41,316 nucleotides of DNA from an uncultured delta proteobacterium. GTDB taxonomy: Bacteria; Desulfobacterota; Syntrophobacteria; BM002. A model generated the notes under the pieces. The model saw nothing but the letters and a program-made list of their open reading frames with translations, searched no databases and was not told the origin of the DNA. Positions 1 to 8,160 of this stretch are shown piece by piece. The stretch covers positions 1 to 41,316 of the forward strand of contig CAVQGX010000065.1 of the NCBI GenBank assembly GCA_963712115.1, written 5' to 3'. A program made the translations under genes and the position numbers. Each line of letters begins with the position of its first letter. The stretch's first letter is position 1.

Positions 1-360
1 AGAAGTATTTGGCACAATACTTCTTTTTACGTGCTCTCCAGTTACGGTTGCCTCTGCCTCAGAGTCTGAAGAAACATGTACTACAATAACCAGGTTGTCA
101 CCAATTCTGATAACGTCACCATCCTCTAACCGAACTGATTCCACTCTCAGTCCGTTGACAATCGTTCCGTTTTTGCTTCCCTTGTCAGTGACAACTAAAT
201 TTTCCCCTTCTTTAGTGAAGCATGCGTGATGGCGGGAGACGCTGTTATCTCTGAGCACAATGTCATTTTCACGATGACGACCAACCGTCAGTGTACGTTC
301 CCTCTGTGGAATGTACTCTTTCATCGTGAGGTTTTGGAACTTCACCTCTAACCGATACAT
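1..360 (-). CDS. FHA domain protein, 3' end outside the window (not in the ORF track)
   Basis: Manual translation from ATG at 360 gives MYRLEVKFQNLTMKEYIPQRERTLTVGRHRENDIVLRDNSVSRHHACF...DKGSKNGTIVNG...LEDGDVIRIG. It has the FHA motifs GR, SxxH and NGT, a GAGGGG RBS upstream, and stays open to the window edge. Confidence 0.9.
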   Translation of the reverse strand, partial: MYRLEVKFQNLTMKEYIPQRERTLTVGRHRENDIVLRDNSVSRHHACFTKEGENLVVTDKGSKNGTIVNGLRVESVRLEDGDVIRIGDNLVIVVHVSSDSEAEATVTGEHVKRSIVPNTS

Positions 361-391
361 ATGGCACCCCTCGAAATTTGACCCACTAATG

Positions 392-407
392 TGCAGGGTT
401 TATGCCA
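392..407 (-). promoter_or_regulatory. sigma54 (-24/-12) promoter candidate for the FHA gene
   Basis: Minus strand TGGCATAAACCCTGCA, GG-N10-GC spacing, about 30 bp upstream of the ATG at 360. Confidence 0.6.
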
Positions 408-450
408 CCCTGCATGGCTAAAATGGAGATTGTAAATAGAAACTTGTGAG

Positions 451-813
451 CTACAAAGCCGCGCTCATTCGGCTCTTCTGGCCATAGCTGTTGTTTGAAA
501 TTGCCGCGCTAATCTGCTGGTAATCGTGGTCAGGGACAAAGGTGAAACGGACTCCTATGGCATGGGGCGTGTTGTGGTCGGTGTCCACAATCTTCGACCA
601 TACCCTTTCGGCAGTGGCAAGAATTAGTTGGCGCTCAGAGGGCCTGAAGACTAGGCGGAAGCTATGTAGTTTATCGGGCAATGCAGAACAGCGAATCAGA
701 GTACCATCGGCACTTAGGTTCTCGGTTCTACAGCTCACCAGGCCATCTGGAGTTATGATAGTTGCTGACCAGGAGATTTCAACTCTAGGGTGTTGACGCT
801 TTTCTGTAGCCAT
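451..813 (-). CDS. Stand-alone PilZ domain protein (c-di-GMP receptor)
   Basis: RQHPR (RxxxR) and NLSADG ([D/N]xSxxG) motifs, C-terminal GVRF, GGGGAG RBS. Confidence 0.88.
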   Translation of the reverse strand: MATEKRQHPRVEISWSATIITPDGLVSCRTENLSADGTLIRCSALPDKLHSFRLVFRPSERQLILATAERVWSKIVDTDHNTPHAIGVRFTFVPDHDYQQISAAISNNSYGQKSRMSAAL

Positions 814-1030
814 GACTCCCCCACTTTTTGTCGAAAATTGCCGCCAGTCTAAAGCTAATCTGATGTGCTCGAACGGAAGTGCCTAAGGGTTGAGGTTTTC
901 TAAGATGGGAAAGACAAATGGGGGCTGGGCCAGTACCAAGACCCGGCCAAAAGAATAAAACAGCGCAGTATTTGCACTTTAACACAAGTGAGAGTGGTAT
1001 TGTCAAGATAGAAATAAAGGGGTAATTATA

Positions 1031-1306
1031 TTATTGCTTCTGAAGATGGAGCCGAAATTTCTTTACTGCCGGCAATATCTCTCGCCACATTTGAATCAGA
1101 CAGTAGGCTAGAAGGATTCCGAGATACCCATGGAATGCGTCCATAAAGTCAGGTACTCGGCCCGGCACGAAAAACTGTAAAATTTCTGTTAACCCTGGAA
1201 TTACCAATAATAAAATGACTAGACGACTCCGTTTGAGTGGGAAAAAAAACATGGAGATAATAAAAAGTAATGACAAATGATAGATTGCGTCTGTCTTGAC
1301 AATCAT
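1031..1306 (-). CDS. VanZ-like small membrane protein
   Basis: Hydrophobic 91 aa with D-x-x-x-H near the N-terminus and a TEILQFFVPGRVPDFMD motif typical of VanZ. Confidence 0.75.
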   Translation of the reverse strand: MIVKTDAIYHLSLLFIISMFFFPLKRSRLVILLLVIPGLTEILQFFVPGRVPDFMDAFHGYLGILLAYCLIQMWREILPAVKKFRLHLQKQ

Positions 1307-1364
1307 TGGAACAAGATACCTTTCTTTGACCCGAGATCCAGAACTCCTAATGTTTGGACCTTAA

Positions 1365-1961
1365 TCATTGCCCGACTATCTGAGTAAGTACCCCTGCCGC
1401 GAATTTCAACGAGACTTTTTCTTTTCCGGATTTCAAGTAATACCAATCGTCATTGGCAAGAATCGATGCCCGGCTATCATCGGTAGTAGGATTTTCTTTA
1501 CCAAGATAAGCAGGATATCCAAGGCTGAGCAAAACCTCTCCTTTGGTCATGCCCACTTCTGCTATTCCCGCTAAGACGCTTTCACGAAAGTCTGGGTTAA
1601 CTTTATCAAGGCCGACTGCTTCCTTATTCTCTGCAAAAAACTTGTAAAATGATGCTCGTGTATTCACTCCGCCGTAGCCTATGCGCCAGCTAGTGAGCAC
1701 ATACCTTTCCCCGGCGGCAATAAACTTGATTTCTTCGGGTGAAATAGCTTTAATAGTGCACGCAGTTCCCGGGGGAATCAAAACCTTACTGGAGAAAGGG
1801 TTCGTATTTTTGATTTTGTTTTCTCCATCAGTCCTGAAACTGACTCTGTTAAAAACAGTTTGCCCCTCTAACTCTTTAATCCCAGATCCCTTGATGCTTT
1901 CACAGCCCAAAAAAGCCAAAGAGATTAGAATGAATGAAAGAAACCATCTTCCTCTACACAT
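1365..1961 (-). CDS. Lipoprotein with a C-terminal SmpA/BamE-like motif
   Basis: Lipobox LAFLGC and C-terminal VGMTKGEVLLSLGYP...WYY...LKFAAGVL. Start placed at the ATG at 1961; the track gives 1985. Confidence 0.7.
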   Translation of the reverse strand: MCRGRWFLSFILISLAFLGCESIKGSGIKELEGQTVFNRVSFRTDGENKIKNTNPFSSKVLIPPGTACTIKAISPEEIKFIAAGERYVLTSWRIGYGGVNTRASFYKFFAENKEAVGLDKVNPDFRESVLAGIAEVGMTKGEVLLSLGYPAYLGKENPTTDDSRASILANDDWYYLKSGKEKVSLKFAAGVLTQIVGQ

Positions 1962-2153
1962 GGCCCAATCTCTCGCAAACGCCAATTGTTGGAGGTTTTT
2001 AGCAGATATTTTGTGAAACTCTTGGATGGTTTTAAAATTACAGGAATGAGATGAGTAATGGCAACAAAAAAACGGCAGACCAAGCTATCCATTCGCCAAG
2101 CAGTTAGCCCCTGAGGTGTAAAAGTAGAGTAAGTGCGCAAACCAAGCAGGGTA

Positions 2154-2405
2154 ATGATTATAAGGGAGCTTCAAGAAGAAATCTGGCGCATGGTTGAGCC
2201 TCAGCTCGATTTACATGGGTTCACCACCGACTCGGACCGGGAGATCATGAGGATAGAAATTCAGAGGTTTGTAGAGGAAAAGGCTAAATCGCTTGCCATA
2301 GAGGAATTGGCGGATGCGCTCTATTCACCGGAGCAGACTATGGCACTATTTTTCGAGCATCTTTATAACAAGGGTATAGCAGGCAATCCTCTAGCCTCGG
2401 ATTGA
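2154..2405 (+). CDS. Hypothetical small acidic helical protein
   Basis: Clean ORF (MIIRELQEEIWRMVEPQL...) in intergenic space; no family recognised. Confidence 0.6.
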   Translation: MIIRELQEEIWRMVEPQLDLHGFTTDSDREIMRIEIQRFVEEKAKSLAIEELADALYSPEQTMALFFEHLYNKGIAGNPLASD

Positions 2406-2426
2406 GTCAACCAGAGAGAGAACAAT

Positions 2427-2467
2427 AAAAAACCCCCACCCCCGATTGTTACGAGGGTGGGGGATTT
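2427..2467. terminator. Intrinsic terminator-like hairpin
   Basis: AAAAAA-CCCCCACCC...GGGTGGGGG-ATTT. The T-tract is better on the minus strand; it lies just after the 2154..2405 stop. Confidence 0.55.
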
Positions 2468-2612
2468 AGAACGGCATGGGGAAAAACGAGCTTGTGACTC
2501 TGAACCATACCGCATGTGGGAAAAGTAACTCCAAAGAAGTGAAAAGACAAGGGGCAGAGGTAAATTTTTTTTCAGTTATGCACTCACTAATTTCGATTTG
2601 CTTTTTTACCTC

Positions 2613-2628
2613 TTGGCATTATATTTGC
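2613..2628 (+). promoter_or_regulatory. sigma54 (-24/-12) promoter candidate
   Basis: TTGGCATTATATTTGC, near-consensus TGGCA-N6-TTGC, about 95 bp upstream of the ATG at 2722. Confidence 0.65.
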
Positions 2629-2721
2629 GTAAAGAAAAATCTATTTCCAGTAGAAGAGTCAGGCTACGACATAGGATAAGGACTTCGACGAGAATAATTC
2701 TGTATCCAAAAGGCTACCTAG

Positions 2722-3279
2722 ATGGTACATTTTCCTAACATCCTGATATTGCCTGACAATGTCTACAGCCTTTCCATTCAAAAAGCTGAAAGCAAACGCG
2801 CTCTTGACCGTTTTCTTTTCGATTTCACCGTGCAGGGTGTCAGCTTCACTGATCCTTATGACAAATGGAGAACTCTTCTGGGAGTAAGCAGGGAGTTCTC
2901 GGAAGACTACACCTTTTATAAGCTAGGTGTTCCTCTGGAATGGCTTCTCGTGAGGTTTTTGTGCCACCACCTCAAGGCCAAATCACTTGACTTTCTCTCA
3001 GGTGATAATGGACAAGTACTCAACTCATCAAACTTCAGAACTTTGCTGGGTCTTGAAGTGGACGAAACTGAGAGGGAGGAATCACTTAGAATCCTACTTA
3101 AGTCTTGGGCCGAGGTTCATCCGAAAAGTGTGATTGAATTCAAAGACATCTACGTTTCCAGCGACTTTACCGCACAAACCTTGAGACAAAGCATCGAAAC
3201 ATTAAAATTTAAGGGGCATCTCAAAGACTTGGGGCAAAATGTTTACTTAGTGGAAAAGAAAATACTTGAAGCATCATAA
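2722..3279 (+). CDS. Hypothetical protein, possible C-terminal winged-helix-like region
   Basis: 185 aa ORF; the C-terminus (TLRQSIETLKFKGHLKDLGQNVYLV) resembles a wHTH wing. Family not recognised. Confidence 0.65.
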   Translation: MVHFPNILILPDNVYSLSIQKAESKRALDRFLFDFTVQGVSFTDPYDKWRTLLGVSREFSEDYTFYKLGVPLEWLLVRFLCHHLKAKSLDFLSGDNGQVLNSSNFRTLLGLEVDETEREESLRILLKSWAEVHPKSVIEFKDIYVSSDFTAQTLRQSIETLKFKGHLKDLGQNVYLVEKKILEAS

Positions 3280-3350
3280 AAGACCAAGTTCCGTTAACCC
3301 ACAACATCCTACCTCTACTCTCGCTCAACCCCCAAACTTGTTGACATCTG

Positions 3351-3366
3351 TGGCATATTTCCTGCA
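3351..3366 (+). promoter_or_regulatory. sigma54 (-24/-12) promoter candidate for the second PilZ gene
   Basis: TGGCATATTTCCTGCA with GG-N10-GC; separated from the gene by the MITE insertion. Confidence 0.55.
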
Positions 3367-3452
3367 TTTCTAACTTATCCGTGGAAACAACTGAAGCTCC
3401 CTGCAGTCCCGCTAAAGCGGGGCCGGGAATGCGCTAGCTATAGCATTTTCTC

Positions 3453-3636
3453 TGGCCCGGATATTTCATGAATTGCTGTCGCGAGACCATGAAGATGGTC
3501 ACGCAACCGGGCAATCGCAGGGTGTTGGTCCAGAGACGTACCTGAACGGTACGTCGCAGGGACCGACACCCGAGGACGCCCGGAAGGACGGCCATATCCG
3601 TGGTCGCAGCAGGTGATTCATGAAATATCCGGGCTA
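3453..3636. mobile_element. MITE-like palindromic element, copy 1
   Basis: Terminal inverted repeats GCCCGGATATTTCATGAAT...ATTCATGAAATATCCGGGC; internal sequence aligns by eye with 4036..4240 and 7966..8160; no transposase. Confidence 0.85.
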
Positions 3637-3650
3637 TGGGGGAGGCACGG

Positions 3651-4022
3651 ATGAGTATGCAAGAAAAGCGCATAGTCCCTAGAGCGGAAATCAAGTGGCC
3701 TGTCACTATGTTGAGCCCTCAACTCCAGGTGGAGGGCAAAATAGAAAATTTCAGCTCCAAAGGTGCCTTTGTCTCCTGCAAGGAACTACCTCCACTTGAA
3801 GAAGGCTTTCTAATGGTCATCCAGGCTCCCGATTATAAGGCAATGAATCTTAACGCAAAAGTGGTCTGGTCAACTGTTTTAAGGAACAGTGAAGGCGACC
3901 CCTATTTTGGCATAGGTGTTCAGTTTACCAGAATGTCACCAGATGACCGCCAGGTTCTTCACAAGTTGATTGCAAAGCACTTTGAGACGAAGACTTTCCA
4001 CAAAGCGGTTGATGGTGAGTAG
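3651..4022 (+). CDS. Stand-alone PilZ domain protein
   Basis: RIVPR and NFSSKG motifs, AKVVW and GIGVQF; GGAGG RBS directly before the ATG at 3651. Confidence 0.88.
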   Translation: MSMQEKRIVPRAEIKWPVTMLSPQLQVEGKIENFSSKGAFVSCKELPPLEEGFLMVIQAPDYKAMNLNAKVVWSTVLRNSEGDPYFGIGVQFTRMSPDDRQVLHKLIAKHFETKTFHKAVDGE

Positions 4023-4035
4023 CCCTTAACTCGTT

Positions 4036-4240
4036 TAGCCCGGATGTTGCATGAATTGCTGTCGCGAGACCACCAAGATGGCTGTACCACCTGGCAATCG
4101 TCCCGCGGTACCGCGGGATTGGTTCCGAGGCGTACCTCAACGGTACGTCGCAGGGGCCGACACCCGAGGACGCCAGGAAGGACAGCCATATCCGTGGTCG
4201 CAGTCACGCCAGGGCGTGAATTCATGAAATATCCGGGTTA
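4036..4240. mobile_element. MITE-like palindromic element, copy 2
   Basis: TAGCCCGGATGTTGCATGAAT...ATTCATGAAATATCCGGGTTA. TTAG lies on both sides of the CCCGG...CCGGG core. Confidence 0.85.
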
Positions 4241-4256
4241 GGGAGGCCTGCCCAAA

Positions 4257-4439
4257 ATGAAGCTTGCCTGCAGCCAATGTAACAAAACCTTGAAGACCCT
4301 TGAGCAAGATGATTTGACCATGCTGCTTCACAGCGATGAAGGAGTCTATTTCTTCTGCAGTAAAGGCTGCAAAGACGCATGGTTTAACCCCATGATCACA
4401 GAAGAAGAACTTGATAGCCTCAAGCAGTCTTCACTGTGA
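4257..4439 (+). CDS. Small TRASH/YHS-like metal-binding protein
   Basis: CSQC...YFFCSKGCK (CxxC...CSxxC) in 60 aa; GGGAGG RBS. Confidence 0.7.
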   Translation: MKLACSQCNKTLKTLEQDDLTMLLHSDEGVYFFCSKGCKDAWFNPMITEEELDSLKQSSL

Positions 4440-4457
4440 TCAGAAACATTTTCTGGA

Positions 4458-5294
4458 TTACTTTGGCGGTCGGAGGAAGGCATTAACCATCTTATCCCCT
4501 AGGGGCAGGCGGGAGACTCTTCCAAGATTCTTAATCATAAAATCGAAGGGCAGCAGCCTCAGCCAAGGATTGTCGAGAAAAGTTCTGGCTGCGTCGTGAT
4601 AATATTCCTGCAAGTCACAGGCTCGATTCAGTCCATCAATAGAATTACCCTCACCAGCTGAAAAAGTTCCATGCCGGACAACAGCGCAGATATCCTTACT
4701 CTCAAGGGAAGTTGCCACTGCGTCTGCCAGCTCATACGAGCCGTGTTTAACCCTTTCAACCAGGCCAATTCCATCTGGACAGCAGATTTTCAGCTGTTCG
4801 TGCTGAACAAACATTAAACTATTGAGGCTTGCCTCGCTGCGAAAAAGTCTAACCAGGACGTTGACGCTGGTTGGTTGCCCATGGATCACGGCTGAGATCT
4901 TGGGCCTCCGCTGGTAAATAGTAAAATGGGCAGGATGCTCAGAGGTAATCTTTTCCCCTTCCTTCAGCCCCCAGAGTATATTGTATCCCCCTTTGGCTAT
5001 TTCGACCAAAGCAAGACATAGGTGCGGCCGATGGGCGATGTAGCGCAGATTCTTGCCAGAGCCTGTAATGACAAATCTTTTATTATGAAGCTCGGGCAAA
5101 TCTCTATCCATCTCGTGACGCATTTTTTCCCTGGCACCTATTTGCGGAAATTCTTCAACTGGAAAATCGTCAGCACTCACAGAGATATTTCCGGCCGTGC
5201 CCGCTGCTGCTTCGATGAAACACAGCCTTTCTGCTACCTTACCCAAGTAAAACAAAAGATCCTCAACTCTAGATTCCACCTTACCACCTTGCAA
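4458..5294 (-). CDS. Class II aldolase/adducin family protein (rhamnulose-1-phosphate aldolase-like)
   Basis: GNIS, ITGSG, SEHPAH, VIH and RHG motifs. The start may be the GTG at 5279. Confidence 0.8.
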   Translation of the reverse strand: MQGGKVESRVEDLLFYLGKVAERLCFIEAAAGTAGNISVSADDFPVEEFPQIGAREKMRHEMDRDLPELHNKRFVITGSGKNLRYIAHRPHLCLALVEIAKGGYNILWGLKEGEKITSEHPAHFTIYQRRPKISAVIHGQPTSVNVLVRLFRSEASLNSLMFVQHEQLKICCPDGIGLVERVKHGSYELADAVATSLESKDICAVVRHGTFSAGEGNSIDGLNRACDLQEYYHDAARTFLDNPWLRLLPFDFMIKNLGRVSRLPLGDKMVNAFLRPPK

Positions 5295-5342
5295 TTACCT
5301 TGGTGACAATTTAGGTTCATCCGGAATTTAGAACATGGTCGA

Positions 5343-7766
5343 CTATACCCGCACCGCCAAACTCTTGGCAATGTTCCTGAAGGCTTGCAGCCATTCTCCT
5401 GCCCGCTCATCCCCTTGTTCCGCTCTGGCCTGGTATCCTTGGTAAACCGTATCCAGCATCCCAAAGCAGATGTTCTGAACCTCCCACAGATTTACTTTGA
5501 ATGGCAACCCACTGACCAGTGCGGTGGCTTGCTCCAGTTTATGGAGCACTGAAAAATCTTCAGGATCTGCTTCGAGTCTATTTGCTAGCCGCTCAAGTGC
5601 CTTTCTAATCCTGTAATCAAGTGATTCGCCCTCCAAGGAGATACCCTCCAATTGAGCCTCTCGCAACAAATGTTCAATGCGATTCAGTTCAAGGTCGTCA
5701 TTTTCGAACGCTCGATGTAATTCCACATTTAAGACGAACTCAGCGACTGTATACAAAGCCTTGGGTGGTGGGGTGCCCGCATCCTTGAGAAACCTTAGAA
5801 GAGGGGTGTGATACTCGTAAAGCTGTCGGTAATCTGCCTCGATCTCTTCTAGAGTCGTCTGCAACATCAGTTTCAATATCTTTCTCTGCTCGTCGGCAAA
5901 GAGAGACTTTAGGTCAAAGGTAGAATCACCGAAATTTCTGTCCAAAACACGAATTGTCTTGGTAAAATCAGCTGAACTGAAAGCCCTACACAGCTCCTTT
6001 GCTATCTCTCCATATGAATTATCCTCTGGAAATTCCTTTACGCCCCCACTAAGGTTATGGTCACCTATGTGTAGAACTGCGTAACCAAGTACTGCTGACT
6101 CCAGAGTTATGTCCGAGGTGACCCTGGCCTTCCCCAAAGCCAGCTTCGCCCTTCCGGCCTCGTGGAATTGTTTGTCCTGGCTTTCTGCAGTGTAGCAGTA
6201 TACCTTGGCCTGCTTAGGATAATCATTAAACAGGCTTTCCACTCCGTAGTGAGCGGCCACCCTGGCCAGATTGAAGATGGAAGGACGGACAAGCTTTTCA
6301 TAGATCTCCCTTCCATCACCCAGATCAGCGCGATTGCTCTTCCCCTGTCCCAGTATTTCTAAAAATTCTCTCTCCAGTGCATTGCCAAAAAGTTCCTGGG
6401 CCAGTTGAATTACCCGGGCTCCGTAACTTATTACCTGAACTGTCTCGATTCCCGCCAGATCATCGAAGAACCAGCCGCAGCTTGTATACATGAGCATTGA
6501 ATGTCTCTGCAACTCCATAAGTTTCAAGACCGTAACTCTTTCTTCCTCGGTCAGCGGCCTGAAAACCTGCTCTTGCATAAACCTGTAAATGCTTTCCGGC
6601 GAGCGCTCCAGGACTACTCCTATGTAGCTGTTTCTCGCCGACCAGGGATCGTGTAGGAACTCACTTGCCTTGTTTTCAAAAAAAGGAACAACACTATCGC
6701 GCAACCGGTCAAAAGACTCTCTTAAAGAAACCCGCCACGCCTGATTCCACTCCGAGTGCCCACCAGTATAACAACCACAATCGCTTCGCCATCGCTCTAT
6801 CCCGTGGGAGCAGCTCCAGGAAGAGTTTTCAAAGATTTCAACTTCGTGGGTGGGAGGATGTTTTGCCAGGAATTCACCATAGTTAGTGAGACGGGCTAGC
6901 TCTTTGCTCTCAAGGTAATTGAGGGCAAAGGAGAGGGCCATGTCTCCGAAAGGGTGATGGTGTCCGTAAGTCTCCCCGTCCGTGGCTATATGAGCCAGCT
7001 GTGGGCGGTTATCTTCTACTGAAAAGCCATCCAGCAACCTCCTGGCAAAGGATTCTCCATCTTTCAATACTGTTTCAAAGGCCACGGCACGGGACAAAGG
7101 CCCATGATAAAAGAATATGGCAATGGTTCTTCCTGAAGGTAGTCGTAAGGTGTAGGCCATGGTGGTATCGATTCTTTCGCCACTCACATCCAGCCAATCT
7201 CCACCTGTCATCTCCCGTACTCTGTAGGCTTGTCTTGGCGCAAGAATAGTGAACCGAATTCCTAGCTCTGCCAGTACTTCCAGGCTCTCCAGGTCAATTG
7301 CGGTTTCAGGCAGCCACATCCCTTCAGGGTCACGGCCGAAACGGTGCTGAAAATCTCTTATGCCCCAATGTACCTGAGTGTACTTATCCCTTTGATTGGC
7401 CAGGGGCAGAATCATGTGATTGTAAGCCTGAGCCAGGGCCGAACCGTGGCCAGAAAACTTATTTTGGCTCAAGCGATCGGCTTCCTTAATGGCCTCATAT
7501 ACTTCAGGGGTATTTATCTCTAACCAGGTCAACAAGGTCGGGCCAAAATTGAAGCTCATCTTGGCGTAATTATTTACTATACGCTCGATGCGCCCCTGTT
7601 GATCCAAAATCCGAGAGGCGCAGTTGGCTGCGTAGCACTCTGCGGTAATTTTCTCGTTCCAGTCGTGATATGGACGGGCTTCATCCTGTTGTTCAATTAC
7701 TTCCAACCAGGGATTTTCCCTTGGCGGCTGGTAAAAGTGGCCGTGAATGCAGACGTATCGTTCCAT
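5343..7766 (-). CDS. Glycoside hydrolase family 57 / DUF3536 protein
   Basis: N-terminal YVCIHGHFYQPPRENPW, WLPET nucleophile, ATDGETYGHH and MYTSCGWFFD. True start is the ATG at 7766 (MERYVC). Confidence 0.93.
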   Translation of the reverse strand: MERYVCIHGHFYQPPRENPWLEVIEQQDEARPYHDWNEKITAECYAANCASRILDQQGRIERIVNNYAKMSFNFGPTLLTWLEINTPEVYEAIKEADRLSQNKFSGHGSALAQAYNHMILPLANQRDKYTQVHWGIRDFQHRFGRDPEGMWLPETAIDLESLEVLAELGIRFTILAPRQAYRVREMTGGDWLDVSGERIDTTMAYTLRLPSGRTIAIFFYHGPLSRAVAFETVLKDGESFARRLLDGFSVEDNRPQLAHIATDGETYGHHHPFGDMALSFALNYLESKELARLTNYGEFLAKHPPTHEVEIFENSSWSCSHGIERWRSDCGCYTGGHSEWNQAWRVSLRESFDRLRDSVVPFFENKASEFLHDPWSARNSYIGVVLERSPESIYRFMQEQVFRPLTEEERVTVLKLMELQRHSMLMYTSCGWFFDDLAGIETVQVISYGARVIQLAQELFGNALEREFLEILGQGKSNRADLGDGREIYEKLVRPSIFNLARVAAHYGVESLFNDYPKQAKVYCYTAESQDKQFHEAGRAKLALGKARVTSDITLESAVLGYAVLHIGDHNLSGGVKEFPEDNSYGEIAKELCRAFSSADFTKTIRVLDRNFGDSTFDLKSLFADEQRKILKLMLQTTLEEIEADYRQLYEYHTPLLRFLKDAGTPPPKALYTVAEFVLNVELHRAFENDDLELNRIEHLLREAQLEGISLEGESLDYRIRKALERLANRLEADPEDFSVLHKLEQATALVSGLPFKVNLWEVQNICFGMLDTVYQGYQARAEQGDERAGEWLQAFRNIAKSLAVRV

Positions 7767-7774
7767 ATTACTAT

Positions 7775-7965
7775 TGTCCGTTGTTCCGCCGAAGGCGGAT
7801 CCGTTGTCAGTTGTTATATACTTGCTTGTAGATAGTAGCCAGTAGCCAGAGAGGCGCACGGCTCAAGGCTCAGGGCGCAAGGAAAAAATTTAGTCTTCTG
7901 CTGCCTTGTGCCTTGTGCCTTTCATCAATCCGCAATCCGCAATCCGAAATCTCACATCCTACATC
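7775..7965. repeat. Heptamer tandem-repeat and small-palindrome tract
   Basis: (AGTAGCC)2, (GCCTTGT)2+, (AATCCGC)2+, AAGGCTC/AGGGCGC units and a TCCGCCGAAGGCGGA hairpin. Confidence 0.7.
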
Positions 7966-8160
7966 TAGCCCGGATGTTTCATGAAATGGTGTCACGAGAC
8001 CACGAAGATGGGCGTGCCACCGGGCAACCGTCCCGCGGTACCGCGGGATTGGTCCCGAGGCGTACCTGAATGGTGTGTCGCAGGGGCCTACACCTGAGGA
8101 CGCACGGAAGGACGGCCATATCCGTGGTCGCAGTAGGCGATTCATGGAACATCCGGGCTA
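7966..8160. mobile_element. MITE-like palindromic element, copy 3, overlapping the glgB stop codon
   Basis: TAGCCCGGATGTTTCATGAA...TTCATGGAACATCCGGGCTA. The terminal CTA at 8158-8160 is the TAG stop of glgB. Confidence 0.85.

Noticed and set aside
814-1030. c-di-GMP riboswitch upstream of the first PilZ gene
   Set aside because: No GEMM-type GGCAAA/GAAA-tetraloop/GACGCAAAG pattern on the minus strand.
2476-2679. 67 aa plus-strand ORF
   Set aside because: No motif, and it overlaps a sigma54 promoter candidate and AT-rich regulatory DNA.
3434-4241. Track ORFs 3434..3706(-), 3925..4140(-), 3959..4225(-) and 4044..4241(+) that resemble each other
   Set aside because: They are translations of the MITE copies; the similarity is at DNA repeat level and there are no protein motifs.
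7870-8145. 91 aa minus-strand ORF between glgB and GH57
   Set aside because: It consists of MITE copy 3 and heptamer repeats.
3453-8160. Possible CRISPR array or attC cassette sites
   Set aside because: The repeats are ~190 bp and dispersed, with no regular spacers, no cas or intI gene and no RYYYAAC/GTTRRRY ends.
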